64,000 nt of DNA from Gammaproteobacteria bacterium. GTDB taxonomy: Bacteria > Pseudomonadota > Gammaproteobacteria > Steroidobacterales > Steroidobacteraceae. Position 1 is the first letter of the stretch; every line of letters starts with the position of its first letter. Under the pieces are notes generated by a model that was given only the letters and a program-made list of their open reading frames with translations, was not told the DNA's origin and did no database searches. Of the stretch, positions 9,343 to 17,487 are shown piece after piece. The stretch covers positions 49,869 to 113,868 of the forward strand of contig JANLWE010000034.1 of NCBI GenBank assembly GCA_031364365.1. The letters are read 5' to 3'. The translations under genes and the position numbers were made by a program.

Positions 9343-9415
9343 CTCCGACGTCGCGGCCGGCGCCGTTGACTTCCATTAGTAGCCGGGCGCAGTGTCTCAC
9401 GTACAGGGGGTTCCC

Positions 9416-11398
9416 ATGAATGCGCATTCATCGAAGTCCGCGACTCGCGCGCGTGCCGGCATCGGCGCACTCCTTGCCGTGCTTACGGCGGCGGCCGGCT
9501 GCAGCGACAGCGGCAGCGGCAGCAACGGCCCGCTTCCGGTCAACCAGACCGCGGACGTGCGCAATCCGTCGGTGGCGCGGCTGTGGAATGACGCCCTGCT
9601 CGACGCGATCCGCAAGGACTTCGCGCGGCCGACGGTGCACGCGCGGAATCTCTTCCATGTCTCGGCCGCGATGTACGACGCCTGGGCGGTCTATTCGGAC
9701 TCGGCCTCGCCCTACCTCGCGGGCGGAGAAGTGCACGGCTTCGCCTGCCCGATGACCGGCTTCGAGCAGGGCGGCGACCTGCAGATCGCCCGCGAGGAGG
9801 CGATCAGCTTCGCGGTCTACCGGATCATCCAGCACCGGTTCGCGGCCTCGCCCAGCGCAGTATCGACGATGGCCGAGATGGACGGGCTCATGAGCACGCT
9901 CGGCTACCACGCGTGGATCACCTCCACGGACATGAGCGACGGCTCGGCGGCCGCGGTGGGCAACCGCATTGCGCAGTGTTACATCGAATACGGCCTGCAG
10001 GACGGCGCCAACGAGGCCGACCGCTACCGCAACCAACATTACCTGCCCGTCAATCCGCCGATCGAGCCGCCGAAGCCCGGCAATCCGACGATCGTGGATC
10101 TCGACCGCTGGCAGCCGATCGCGCTCGCACTGTTCGCGGACCAAGGGGGCAACGTCATCAACTCGCAGCCGCCGGCGCTGTCGCCAGAGTGGGGCGCGGT
10201 GCTGCCGTTCTCGCTGACGGACGCCGACAAGACGACTTTCTCCCGCGACGGTTTCGACTACAACGTATATCACGACCCGGGCCCGCCGCCGCGCGCGCAG
10301 GGGACGGACGCGGATCTCTACAAGTGGGGCTTCGCGCTAGTCGCCGTCTGGTCGGGGCAGCTCGACCAGGCCGACGGCGTGATGATCGACATTTCACCCG
10401 CGAGCAACGGCAATACCGCGGAATTGCCAGCGACGTTTGCGGAGTTTCCGGGCTTCTATGACCTGATTAATGGCGGCAACCAGCACACCGGCCACTCGGT
10501 CAACCCGGTCACCGGCGCTCCGTACGAGTCGCAAATCGTGCCGCGCGGCGACTACACGCGTGTGCTCGCGGAATTCTGGGCCGACGGCCCGACCTCGGAG
10601 ACGCCGCCCGGTCACTGGTTCACGATTCTGAATACCGTGACCGATCACGAGCTGTTCCAGCGCCGCCTCGGCGGCGCCGGGTCGGAGCTCGGCCCGCTGG
10701 AGTGGGACGTCAAGGCGTACTTCACGCTCGCCGGCGCAATGCACGACGTCGCGATCACGGCGTGGGGCATCAAGGGTTGGTACGACGGCGTGCGTCCGCT
10801 GTCGGCGATTCGCGCGATGGCCGATCGCGGGCAGAGCTCCGACCCGCTCGGTCCCTCGTATCACGCGGACGGCATCCCGCTCGTGCCCGGCCACATCGAG
10901 GTGGTCGAGGCCGGCGATCCGCTGGCGGGCGCCTCGAATGAAAACGTCGGCAAGATCAAGCTCTACGCCTGGCAGGGTCCGACCTTCATCCCGGATCCAT
11001 TGACGACCCAGGCCCATGCCGGCTGGATGCTGGCGGAAAACTGGTGGCCCTATCAGCGGCTAACGTTCGTGACGCCGCCGTTCCCGGGCTACATCTCCGG
11101 TCACTCCACGTTTTCGCGCGCGGCCGCAGAGGTGCTGACGCTGCTGACGGGCAGCGAGTACTTTCCCGGCGGGATGAGCCAGTTCCAGATCAAAGCGAAC
11201 GAGTTCCTGGTGTTCGAGGAAGGCCCGAGCGTCAACATGACGCTGCAGTGGGCGACGTATCGCGACGCGGCCGAGCAGAGCGGCTTGTCGCGCATCTGGG
11301 GCGGCATCCATCCGCCCATCGACGACGTGCCGGGGCGGCGTATCGGCATCGAGGTCGGCACGGCGGCCTACGACTTCGCGAGGTCCTACTTCAACTAG
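9416..11398 (+). CDS. PAP2-superfamily / vanadium-haloperoxidase-like lipoprotein
   Basis: ATG 9416 is preceded by AGGGGG. Lipobox LTAAAGC is present. PAP2 motifs are KGWYDGVRP (KX6RP), PGYISGHS (SGH) and SRIWGGIHPPIDD (SRX5HX3D). Confidence 0.75.
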   Translation: MNAHSSKSATRARAGIGALLAVLTAAAGCSDSGSGSNGPLPVNQTADVRNPSVARLWNDALLDAIRKDFARPTVHARNLFHVSAAMYDAWAVYSDSASPYLAGGEVHGFACPMTGFEQGGDLQIAREEAISFAVYRIIQHRFAASPSAVSTMAEMDGLMSTLGYHAWITSTDMSDGSAAAVGNRIAQCYIEYGLQDGANEADRYRNQHYLPVNPPIEPPKPGNPTIVDLDRWQPIALALFADQGGNVINSQPPALSPEWGAVLPFSLTDADKTTFSRDGFDYNVYHDPGPPPRAQGTDADLYKWGFALVAVWSGQLDQADGVMIDISPASNGNTAELPATFAEFPGFYDLINGGNQHTGHSVNPVTGAPYESQIVPRGDYTRVLAEFWADGPTSETPPGHWFTILNTVTDHELFQRRLGGAGSELGPLEWDVKAYFTLAGAMHDVAITAWGIKGWYDGVRPLSAIRAMADRGQSSDPLGPSYHADGIPLVPGHIEVVEAGDPLAGASNENVGKIKLYAWQGPTFIPDPLTTQAHAGWMLAENWWPYQRLTFVTPPFPGYISGHSTFSRAAAEVLTLLTGSEYFPGGMSQFQIKANEFLVFEEGPSVNMTLQWATYRDAAEQSGLSRIWGGIHPPIDDVPGRRIGIEVGTAAYDFARSYFN

Positions 11399-12498
11399 TG
11401 GACTGTAACAACTGAAACGAGAGTATACGCGTGCTCATGAGCCGCACGATCACGTTGTCGAAAGTGGAACAGGTCGAACTCACGCAGCGAGTCGCAAGCC
11501 AGGCGGGACGCGCCGATGAGGCGCGTCGTGCCCGTCTGATCTTGCTGCTCGATGTCGGTCACACCTGGGCGACGATCCGCGAGAAGCTGGATTGTACTGA
11601 CAGTTTCATCGATCGCTGGAGCAGGCGATTTGTGGCGGAGCGTTTGGCCGGATTGTTCAGCCGCCACGCCGGGCAACTGCCCACGACCCTCACGCCGGCG
11701 CTGGAGGCACGCATCCTGGAGTGGAGCGTGAAGCGCAAACCCACCAAGGGCGCGACGCAGTGGAGCACGCGCCGGCTTGCCGAGCGGCTGCGGGTCTCGC
11801 ACATGATGGTCGCGCGGGTGTGGCGCAAGCATGCGCTGCGGCCACATCGGCTCGAGGGCTATATGGCCTCGAACGATCCGGGCTTCGAGACCAAGGCGGC
11901 CGAGATCATCGGCCTAAATCTGCATCCGGCGCAGCATGCCGCGGTGTTCTGCGTCGATGAGAAGACGGCGATCCGGGTGCTGGATCGCAAGGATCCGGTC
12001 TTGCCGCTGTCCCCGGGACGCGCCGAGCGGCACGGCTTCGAGTTCTTCCGGCACGGCACACTGTCGCTGTACGCCGCGTTCAACACCAGGACCGGCGAAG
12101 TGTTGGGCAAGACGGCAGCGCGGCATACTTCGGCTGAGTTCGTCGCGTTCCTCACGGATATCGTCGCCCACCAGCGGCGCGGCAAAGAGATCCACGTGAT
12201 CGCAGACGACCTCTCGGCCCACATGAGCGCAGCGGTCAAAGACTTCCTGAAAGCGCATCCCAAAGTTCGCTTGCACTTCACTCCCACCTACTCGTCATGG
12301 CTCAACCAAGTGGAGCTGTGGTTCGCCAAGATCGAGCGCGACGTGATCGCCCGTGGCGTGTTCACCTCGGTCCCCGACCTGAAAAGAAAACTCATGCGCT
12401 ACATCCGCCACTACAAACAAGTCCCCAAAACCGTGAAGTGGAAGTACTTCGATCCGACCCGGTGCATCACTTCCCAATCAGTTGTTACAGTCCACAGG
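11398..12498 (+). mobile_element. IS630-family insertion sequence, apparently intact
   Basis: Perfect 18-bp terminal inverted repeats: GTGGACTGTAACAACTGA (11398-11415) and TCAGTTGTTACAGTCCAC (12478-12495). TA lies at 11396-11397 and at 12499-12500. A single transposase ORF lies between the repeats. Confidence 0.85.
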
Positions 12499-12501
12499 TA
12501 G
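11431..12501 (+). CDS. IS630-family DDE transposase
   Basis: 356 aa. It has an N-terminal HTH region and DDE-like residues in [20 protein letters not shown] and [11 protein letters not shown]. The stop TAG 12499-12501 lies just outside the perfect IR. Confidence 0.9.
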   Translation: MLMSRTITLSKVEQVELTQRVASQAGRADEARRARLILLLDVGHTWATIREKLDCTDSFIDRWSRRFVAERLAGLFSRHAGQLPTTLTPALEARILEWSVKRKPTKGATQWSTRRLAERLRVSHMMVARVWRKHALRPHRLEGYMASNDPGFETKAAEIIGLNLHPAQHAAVFCVDEKTAIRVLDRKDPVLPLSPGRAERHGFEFFRHGTLSLYAAFNTRTGEVLGKTAARHTSAEFVAFLTDIVAHQRRGKEIHVIADDLSAHMSAAVKDFLKAHPKVRLHFTPTYSSWLNQVELWFAKIERDVIARGVFTSVPDLKRKLMRYIRHYKQVPKTVKWKYFDPTRCITSQSVVTVHR

Positions 12502-12573
12502 GCCCGACACCCGCGACCAGCCGCGGCGCGCGGTTGCGGGCGGACCGACGATCACCCTGTTGCCGAGCGTTCC

Positions 12574-12817
12574 GATCGGCACGATCGTCACCGGCCTGTT
12601 CGTCGCAATCTCGATGTGCACCGGCGGTGGGGCTTGGGATAATGCAAAAAAATACATCGAGGAAGGCAATTTCGGCGGCAAGGGCTCGGACGCGCACAAG
12701 GCGGTCGTGACCGGCGACACCGTCGGCGATCCCTACAAGGACACCGCGGGCCCCGCGATCAATCCGCTGATCAAGATCATCAACATCGTGGCGCTCTTGC
12801 TGGTGCCGTTGCTGTAG
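12574..12817 (+). pseudogene. hppA 3' fragment (last ~80 codons only)
   Basis: ORF 12482..12817 ends ...[79 protein letters not shown]. This differs from the intact hppA C-terminus by 3 aa. The sequence upstream of 12574 is unrelated to hppA. Confidence 0.85.
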
Positions 12818-12870
12818 GGACGACCCCCGCATGGGGGCCTTTGCTTTTCAGGGTGATCCGGCTCGATTTC
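12574..12870 (+). repeat. right copy of direct repeat (hppA 3' fragment + degenerate terminator + 18 nt)
   Basis: See 7235-7558. The terminator stem is weakened here (GACCCCC-gcat-GGGGGCC). Confidence 0.85.
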
Positions 12871-12985
12871 AAATGGGTCTTAGTGCGCGATGGCGGTTTC
12901 CTTCATCGGATCCACGTGCGCTCATCGCACGGTCCGCGCAGCTGCCACGCTATGGCGTCGGCCTACTGAAGCACGGGCAGCACGC

Positions 12986-14197
12986 TCACAGCGCCGCGCC
13001 CGAAGGCGCGACCAGCGGCGGCCATTCCTGCGAGACGCCCTCGTAGAGGCTGACCGTCTTTTCGAGTCGCGCCGTGCCGTCGTGCACGGCGATCGCGTGC
13101 GGCCGGCCGGGTTCGTAACCCGTCCACAGCGAGACGCCGGCGTAGGCGCCATCCTTGCGCAGCACGTAGTAAGTCATGTCGACGTACTTGAGCCGCTCCA
13201 TGTCGCCGCCGTAGTTGCGGACGATGCGCTTGAGCGCGTCCATGCCGGCTTCGAACGGCGTCATGCCGTGGCGCATGTTCTCGACGATAGTGTGCGTACC
13301 GGCCACCTTGATGTTTTCCTCGCCGCTCCCGGTGGCGCCGGCCGAGCCCACGTCCTGGTCGGTGTAGCAGCCGGCGCCGATGATCGGCGAGTCGCCGAGC
13401 CGCCCCGGCAGCTTCCAGGCCAGTCCGCTGGTCGTCGTGCAGCCCGACATCTCGCCGCGCGCGCTGAGCGCGGAGCAGTGAATCGTGCCGGTCGGCGGAA
13501 ACAGCACCTTGTGGACGGCGGCGCGGCGCGCCTCGGGACGCACACCCAGGTCGCCGGCCAGCGCCAGCAGTCGATCGTAATGGCGGTCGGCGTCACCCGC
13601 GCGCACCCGTTCGCGCAAGCGCTTATTCCAGGCTGGATCGGCGAGCCCCGAACCCCACCAGTCGCCGTGGGACTCCTTCCACAGCAGCCACACCTTGCGC
13701 GACTCGTCGGTGAGCAGTTCCTCGCGCTTGAAACCGCGCGCAACTGCGAAGCGCTCCGCTCCCTCGCCGACCAGCATCACGTGCCCGGTGTGCAGCATGA
13801 CCTCGCGCGCCAGCAGCGAGACGTTGCGGATATTGCGCACGCCACCGACCGCGCCCGCGCGCCGCGATGGCCCGTGCATGCAGCTCGCGTCGAGCTCCAC
13901 CACGCCCTCCTCGTTGGGCAGCCCGCCCAGACCCACGCTGTCATCGACCGGATCGTCCTCGGGCCCGCGCACCACGGCGAGCGCGGCCTCGAGCGTATCG
14001 CCCCCGTCGTTGAGCTGTCGGTAGCCGCTCTCGAGGTACGGAAAACCGTTGCCGGCCGAGACGATGATCGGCAAACGCGCGGCGCGCTGTTGCTGCGTGG
14101 GCACGGGCGTGAGCGCAGTGCCGGCCGCCCGGGCGCCGACCGCACCACCGAGCGCACCGATCGCCGCTGCGGAAACAAATTCTCTTCTGGTAAACAT
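12986..14197 (-). CDS. Ntn-hydrolase of the glycosylasparaginase / isoaspartyl peptidase-L-asparaginase family, Tat-exported
   Basis: Twin-arginine signal MFTRREFVSAAAIG. Asparaginase_2-type segments are ...GLGGLPNEEG...DASCM...GTIHCSAL...GAGCYTD...GSAGATGSGEE. Confidence 0.8.
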   Translation of the reverse strand: MFTRREFVSAAAIGALGGAVGARAAGTALTPVPTQQQRAARLPIIVSAGNGFPYLESGYRQLNDGGDTLEAALAVVRGPEDDPVDDSVGLGGLPNEEGVVELDASCMHGPSRRAGAVGGVRNIRNVSLLAREVMLHTGHVMLVGEGAERFAVARGFKREELLTDESRKVWLLWKESHGDWWGSGLADPAWNKRLRERVRAGDADRHYDRLLALAGDLGVRPEARRAAVHKVLFPPTGTIHCSALSARGEMSGCTTTSGLAWKLPGRLGDSPIIGAGCYTDQDVGSAGATGSGEENIKVAGTHTIVENMRHGMTPFEAGMDALKRIVRNYGGDMERLKYVDMTYYVLRKDGAYAGVSLWTGYEPGRPHAIAVHDGTARLEKTVSLYEGVSQEWPPLVAPSGAAL

Positions 14198-14365
14198 TCC
14201 GGTTCTCCCTTCAAGGCGCGCATGCGCGCGCCCAACTATAGTTCAAAGTGCCCGTATTCCAGGAACTGCCCCACTTCGTGCGCAGCGCGCCGAGAGCAAC
14301 AGGCCCGTGTGGCTGACTGGCAATGTCAGGCGCGCCCTGGCTCCTGCCAGCCGGGTCTCCGACAC

Positions 14366-14490
14366 CGCCACGATTCCGTCGTTTTCTTCGTCGAATTTTG
14401 TGAACAGGCGGCCGCGGTTCCGACTCGCTCCCTGACTACGCCGCGCTTGCGCGGCTTGCCGGGCGCCCTTCTATCTGTACAATTCTCGAG
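14366..14490 (+). repeat. repeat family copy A (full-length: left module + right module)
   Basis: The left ~52 nt are ~90% identical to 20809-20860. The right part is highly similar to 20148-20188 and more loosely to 22566-22629. It ends in TTGCCG-16nt-TACAAT. Confidence 0.75.
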
Positions 14491-14646
14491 GGTGAGCCCA
14501 GTCTGGGCGCAGTGACGCAGCGGGCGTCTGAGACCACGCTTATCCTCCGTTTCGATCAGCACCTCGGCATGCATCGAGAAACCGCCGCCATGCGCCCAAA
14601 CACTCGTGTGAACTACGTATCACTCCTGCATTCACTATGCTGGATC

Positions 14647-14675
14647 TTGTATAGCAATGCGAGATCGCGCATACT
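14647..14675 (+). promoter_or_regulatory. possible sigma70-type promoter of the toxin-antitoxin pair
   Basis: TTGTAT-17nt-CATACT in an AT-richer patch immediately upstream of GTG 14682. This is sequence pattern only. Confidence 0.3.
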
Positions 14676-14681
14676 GGGACG

Positions 14682-14999
14682 GTGAAGGCGGTAATCTGGA
14701 TGGGTAGCAGCAAAGCGGACCTGAAGAATTTACCCGCTGCCGTTATGGACGACATTGGGCACCAGTTGTTTCTGGTGCAATGTGGGTTTGAACCCGACGA
14801 CTGGAAACCAATGACAACTGTAGGCGCCGGCGTTAAGGAGATTCGCGTGAAGGACGTTGCCGGTAACTTCCGCGTCCTCTATCTTGCGACGCGGCCGCAG
14901 GCTGTCTATGTGCTCCACTGTTTCCAGAAGAAAACTCATCAGACCGCGCAGCGCGATATCGAATTAGCCCGGCAGCGATTGAAAGACGTGTTGAGGTGA
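14682..14999 (+). CDS. type II toxin, RelE/ParE superfamily (Gp49/HigB-like)
   Basis: (M)KAVIWMGSSKADLKNLPAAV...GVKEIRVKDVAGNFRVLYLA...VYVLHCFQKKT resembles phage Gp49-like/HigB toxins. The toxin-first order with an overlapping HTH partner fits this call. Confidence 0.8.
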   Translation: MKAVIWMGSSKADLKNLPAAVMDDIGHQLFLVQCGFEPDDWKPMTTVGAGVKEIRVKDVAGNFRVLYLATRPQAVYVLHCFQKKTHQTAQRDIELARQRLKDVLR

Positions 15000-15004
15000 A
15001 AGTC

Positions 15005-15277
15005 ATGGCAAAAAAGAAGGTTCGTAGCGTGTTTTATGATCTCTATCCAGAGGATCAGGCGGCTGAAATGGAAATGCGTTCGCTGCTGCTGCGCGGGCTG
15101 GGGCGCTGGCTGGCCGATTCCGGCATGACACAAACAGCGGCGGCCAAAGTGCTCGGTGTCACACAAGCGCGGATTTCTGACCTCAAGCGCGGGAAAATCA
15201 GCCAGTTCAGCCTCGATTTACTGGTGCGCCTCGCATCGCGCGCTGGGTTGCATCCAAAGTTGAAATTGGCGGCCTGA
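15005..15277 (+). CDS. XRE-family HTH antitoxin (HigA-like)
   Basis: ...GMTQTAAAKVLGVTQARISDLKRGKISQFSLDLLVRLA. ATG 15005 lies 5 nt after AGGTGA. The alternative GTG 14996 overlaps the toxin stop. Confidence 0.8.
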   Translation: MAKKKVRSVFYDLYPEDQAAEMEMRSLLLRGLGRWLADSGMTQTAAAKVLGVTQARISDLKRGKISQFSLDLLVRLASRAGLHPKLKLAA

Positions 15278-15429
15278 ACCCCCCGGCGTCGTGACGCAAC
15301 GGGCGAGTCGCGCGCCCGCGAAAGGTAGATTTTAAGGTGCCGGTCGACTGGGTCAGCCGATACTGGAAATCGGCGAAGATGCCCGGTAAGGTTTCCTGGA
15401 ACGCAGGCGCCATCGACAGGGAAAGCTGT

Positions 15430-16920
15430 GTGAAAACCGGCCGCAACGACCTGTGCCCCTGCGGCAGCGGTAAGAAATACAAACAGTGCTGTCTCGCCGC
15501 CGCCGCGTGCGACGAAATCGACTCGCCGGCGCAGCTGGTGTGGCAGCGAATGCGCCGTGCGCTCGAGGGATTTCCGCCGAAGATGATGCGCTTCATCAGC
15601 GAGACGTACGGACCGAATGCGATCGACGACGCGTGGTGGGAGTTCATGGGGTTTCCGGATGACGAGGAGCCGTTCGATCCGAAGACGCCCCGTATGCAGA
15701 TCTTCATGCCGTGGTTCTTTCACTGTTGGGCGCCTGACCCGCACGACACGGTCGTCGAGGATGAGTCGTTGCACGACCGCACACCGACCAGTGTTTTTCT
15801 GGAGCATCGCGGCCGACGTCTTGACCCGGCGCTGCGTCGTTATCTCGAAGCCTGCGCCGCCACGCCATTCAGCTTCCAGGAAATCGTTCGCTGTGATCCG
15901 GGGCGGGGATTCTTCAGCCACGACATCCTCACGGGCGAGGAGACCGAAGTATTCGAGCGGTCCGCGTCACAAACGCTGACCGTCAGCGACGTTCTCTTCG
16001 CCCAGATCGTGCGTGTGGACGGGATTGCGATGCTCGAGACCTGCCCGCCGTTCGGCCTGCCGCCCGCCGGAAAGTTCGCCATCATCGAGCTGCGCAAGAA
16101 AATACTGCCGCAGGGTGACCTCTTCCCGAAAGAGCTGCTGCGCGATTGGGACATGGAGTTGCGCGACATCTATCTCGACCTGACGCAGGAAATCATCGAG
16201 CGCCGGCTGCCGCGGTTGCAGAACACGGATGGCGAAGCGCTGCTGCCGCACCGCTTGATCTTCGACATCGATTCGGCGCAGACGGCATTCGACGCACTCA
16301 AGCATCTCGCTCACGACGAAACAGAGGACGACCCGCTCAGGTCCGCGGAGCGCGACGAGAGCGGCGCGTTCACACGCCTGCGGTTTGACTGGAAGAAGTC
16401 CGGCAATCGCCTGCATCGAAGCTGGAACAACACCGTCCTCGGCTCCATCGAGATCACGCCTCACCGGCTCGTCGGTGAAGTCAACTCGGCCGAGCGCGCC
16501 GCCGAGCTGAAGAAGCTCGTTGAGAATGCGCTGCGCAAGTCGGCCCGCTATCGAGTCACGGAGATCGAGCCGGTCGAGCGTGCGCTGGCGGAAGCGATGG
16601 CCGGGCGCGGAGCGGACCAACCCGCGCGTCCGAGCGACGACGACGAGTTGATGAATCTGCCGGAGGTTCGACAAAGAATCCGTGAAATGATGGCGTCGCA
16701 CTACGACGACTGGGTGAATCAGAAGTTGCCCGCGCTCGGCCATCGAACGCCGCTCGATGCTGTCGGCGATCCGGAGAGCCGCGAGATAGTGGAGGCGCTC
16801 GTGCGGCAACTTGAGCGGGACGGTCCGAGGATGAAGCCGGCGTTGGATGCTGACATTGTCGATCGTCTTCGCAGCCGGCTCGGGCTTGCGCCTGCGGGAT
16901 CGAGTCAGCCTTCGAAGTAG
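15430..16920 (+). CDS. SEC-C metal-binding motif protein with C-terminal Xre/MbcA/ParS-like (DUF2384-like) segment
   Basis: GRNDLCPCGSGKKYKQCC is near the N-terminus if GTG 15430 is the start; alternatives are 15337 and 15379. The C-terminus reads W..QKLPALGHRTPLDAVGDPESREIVEALVRQLE. Confidence 0.65.
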   Translation: MKTGRNDLCPCGSGKKYKQCCLAAAACDEIDSPAQLVWQRMRRALEGFPPKMMRFISETYGPNAIDDAWWEFMGFPDDEEPFDPKTPRMQIFMPWFFHCWAPDPHDTVVEDESLHDRTPTSVFLEHRGRRLDPALRRYLEACAATPFSFQEIVRCDPGRGFFSHDILTGEETEVFERSASQTLTVSDVLFAQIVRVDGIAMLETCPPFGLPPAGKFAIIELRKKILPQGDLFPKELLRDWDMELRDIYLDLTQEIIERRLPRLQNTDGEALLPHRLIFDIDSAQTAFDALKHLAHDETEDDPLRSAERDESGAFTRLRFDWKKSGNRLHRSWNNTVLGSIEITPHRLVGEVNSAERAAELKKLVENALRKSARYRVTEIEPVERALAEAMAGRGADQPARPSDDDELMNLPEVRQRIREMMASHYDDWVNQKLPALGHRTPLDAVGDPESREIVEALVRQLERDGPRMKPALDADIVDRLRSRLGLAPAGSSQPSK

Positions 16921-17023
16921 CGGTCAATGCTTTGATCAGGGGCGCGCCGTCAGCGGTGCGGTACTCGACGGTCACGCCAGGCGAGCGTGTCCTGTTCGAC
17001 GACGGATTCGGTGAACGGGGCGG

Positions 17024-17487
17024 TCATGTCGTCTCCCAGAGCCTCCGCGCGGGTACCGCGAACAGACCGTCGCGGAAGTTGCTTATTGCGCTGCCATCGT
17101 AGAGAACAAAGCCCGCGACAAAGCGCTTTCCGGCAGCGTCGCGCAGCTTGCGAAGCCCGCGGAGGTCGGCTTCGCCGACCGTTGCGGCGGCCTTCACTTC
17201 GACCCCGGCGACGGCCGAGTGCCCCTGCTCCGGCACGATGTCCACCTTAAAGTCGCCACGATCGCGGATATGCCACGACGGCAAGCGTTTGAGCAGCGTG
17301 ACGTGATCGTGGATCGTCTGGCGTCGAACGACACGTACCGGTAACCGCGAGGCGCGCCGACGGCGCGTGCCAGCGTCGTCTTGCCGCTCTGCCGCGGACC
17401 GTGGATCAGGACGGCCGGGGTGTCGCCGAGCGCCTCGCGGCGGCGGGGCGCGAGGTAGCGCGGGAAGTGTGTGGCGGCTCGGGGCAC
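17024..17487 (-). pseudogene. AAA ATPase (DUF4143-type) with large internal deletion and frameshift
   Basis: ORF 17194..17487 gives the N-terminus with P-loop LIHGPRQSGKTTLA. ORF 17024..17284, in another frame, gives a C-terminal restriction-endonuclease-like end (VDIV...GVEVKAAATV...LRKL...VLYDG). The ~250 aa normally between them are missing. Confidence 0.65.
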
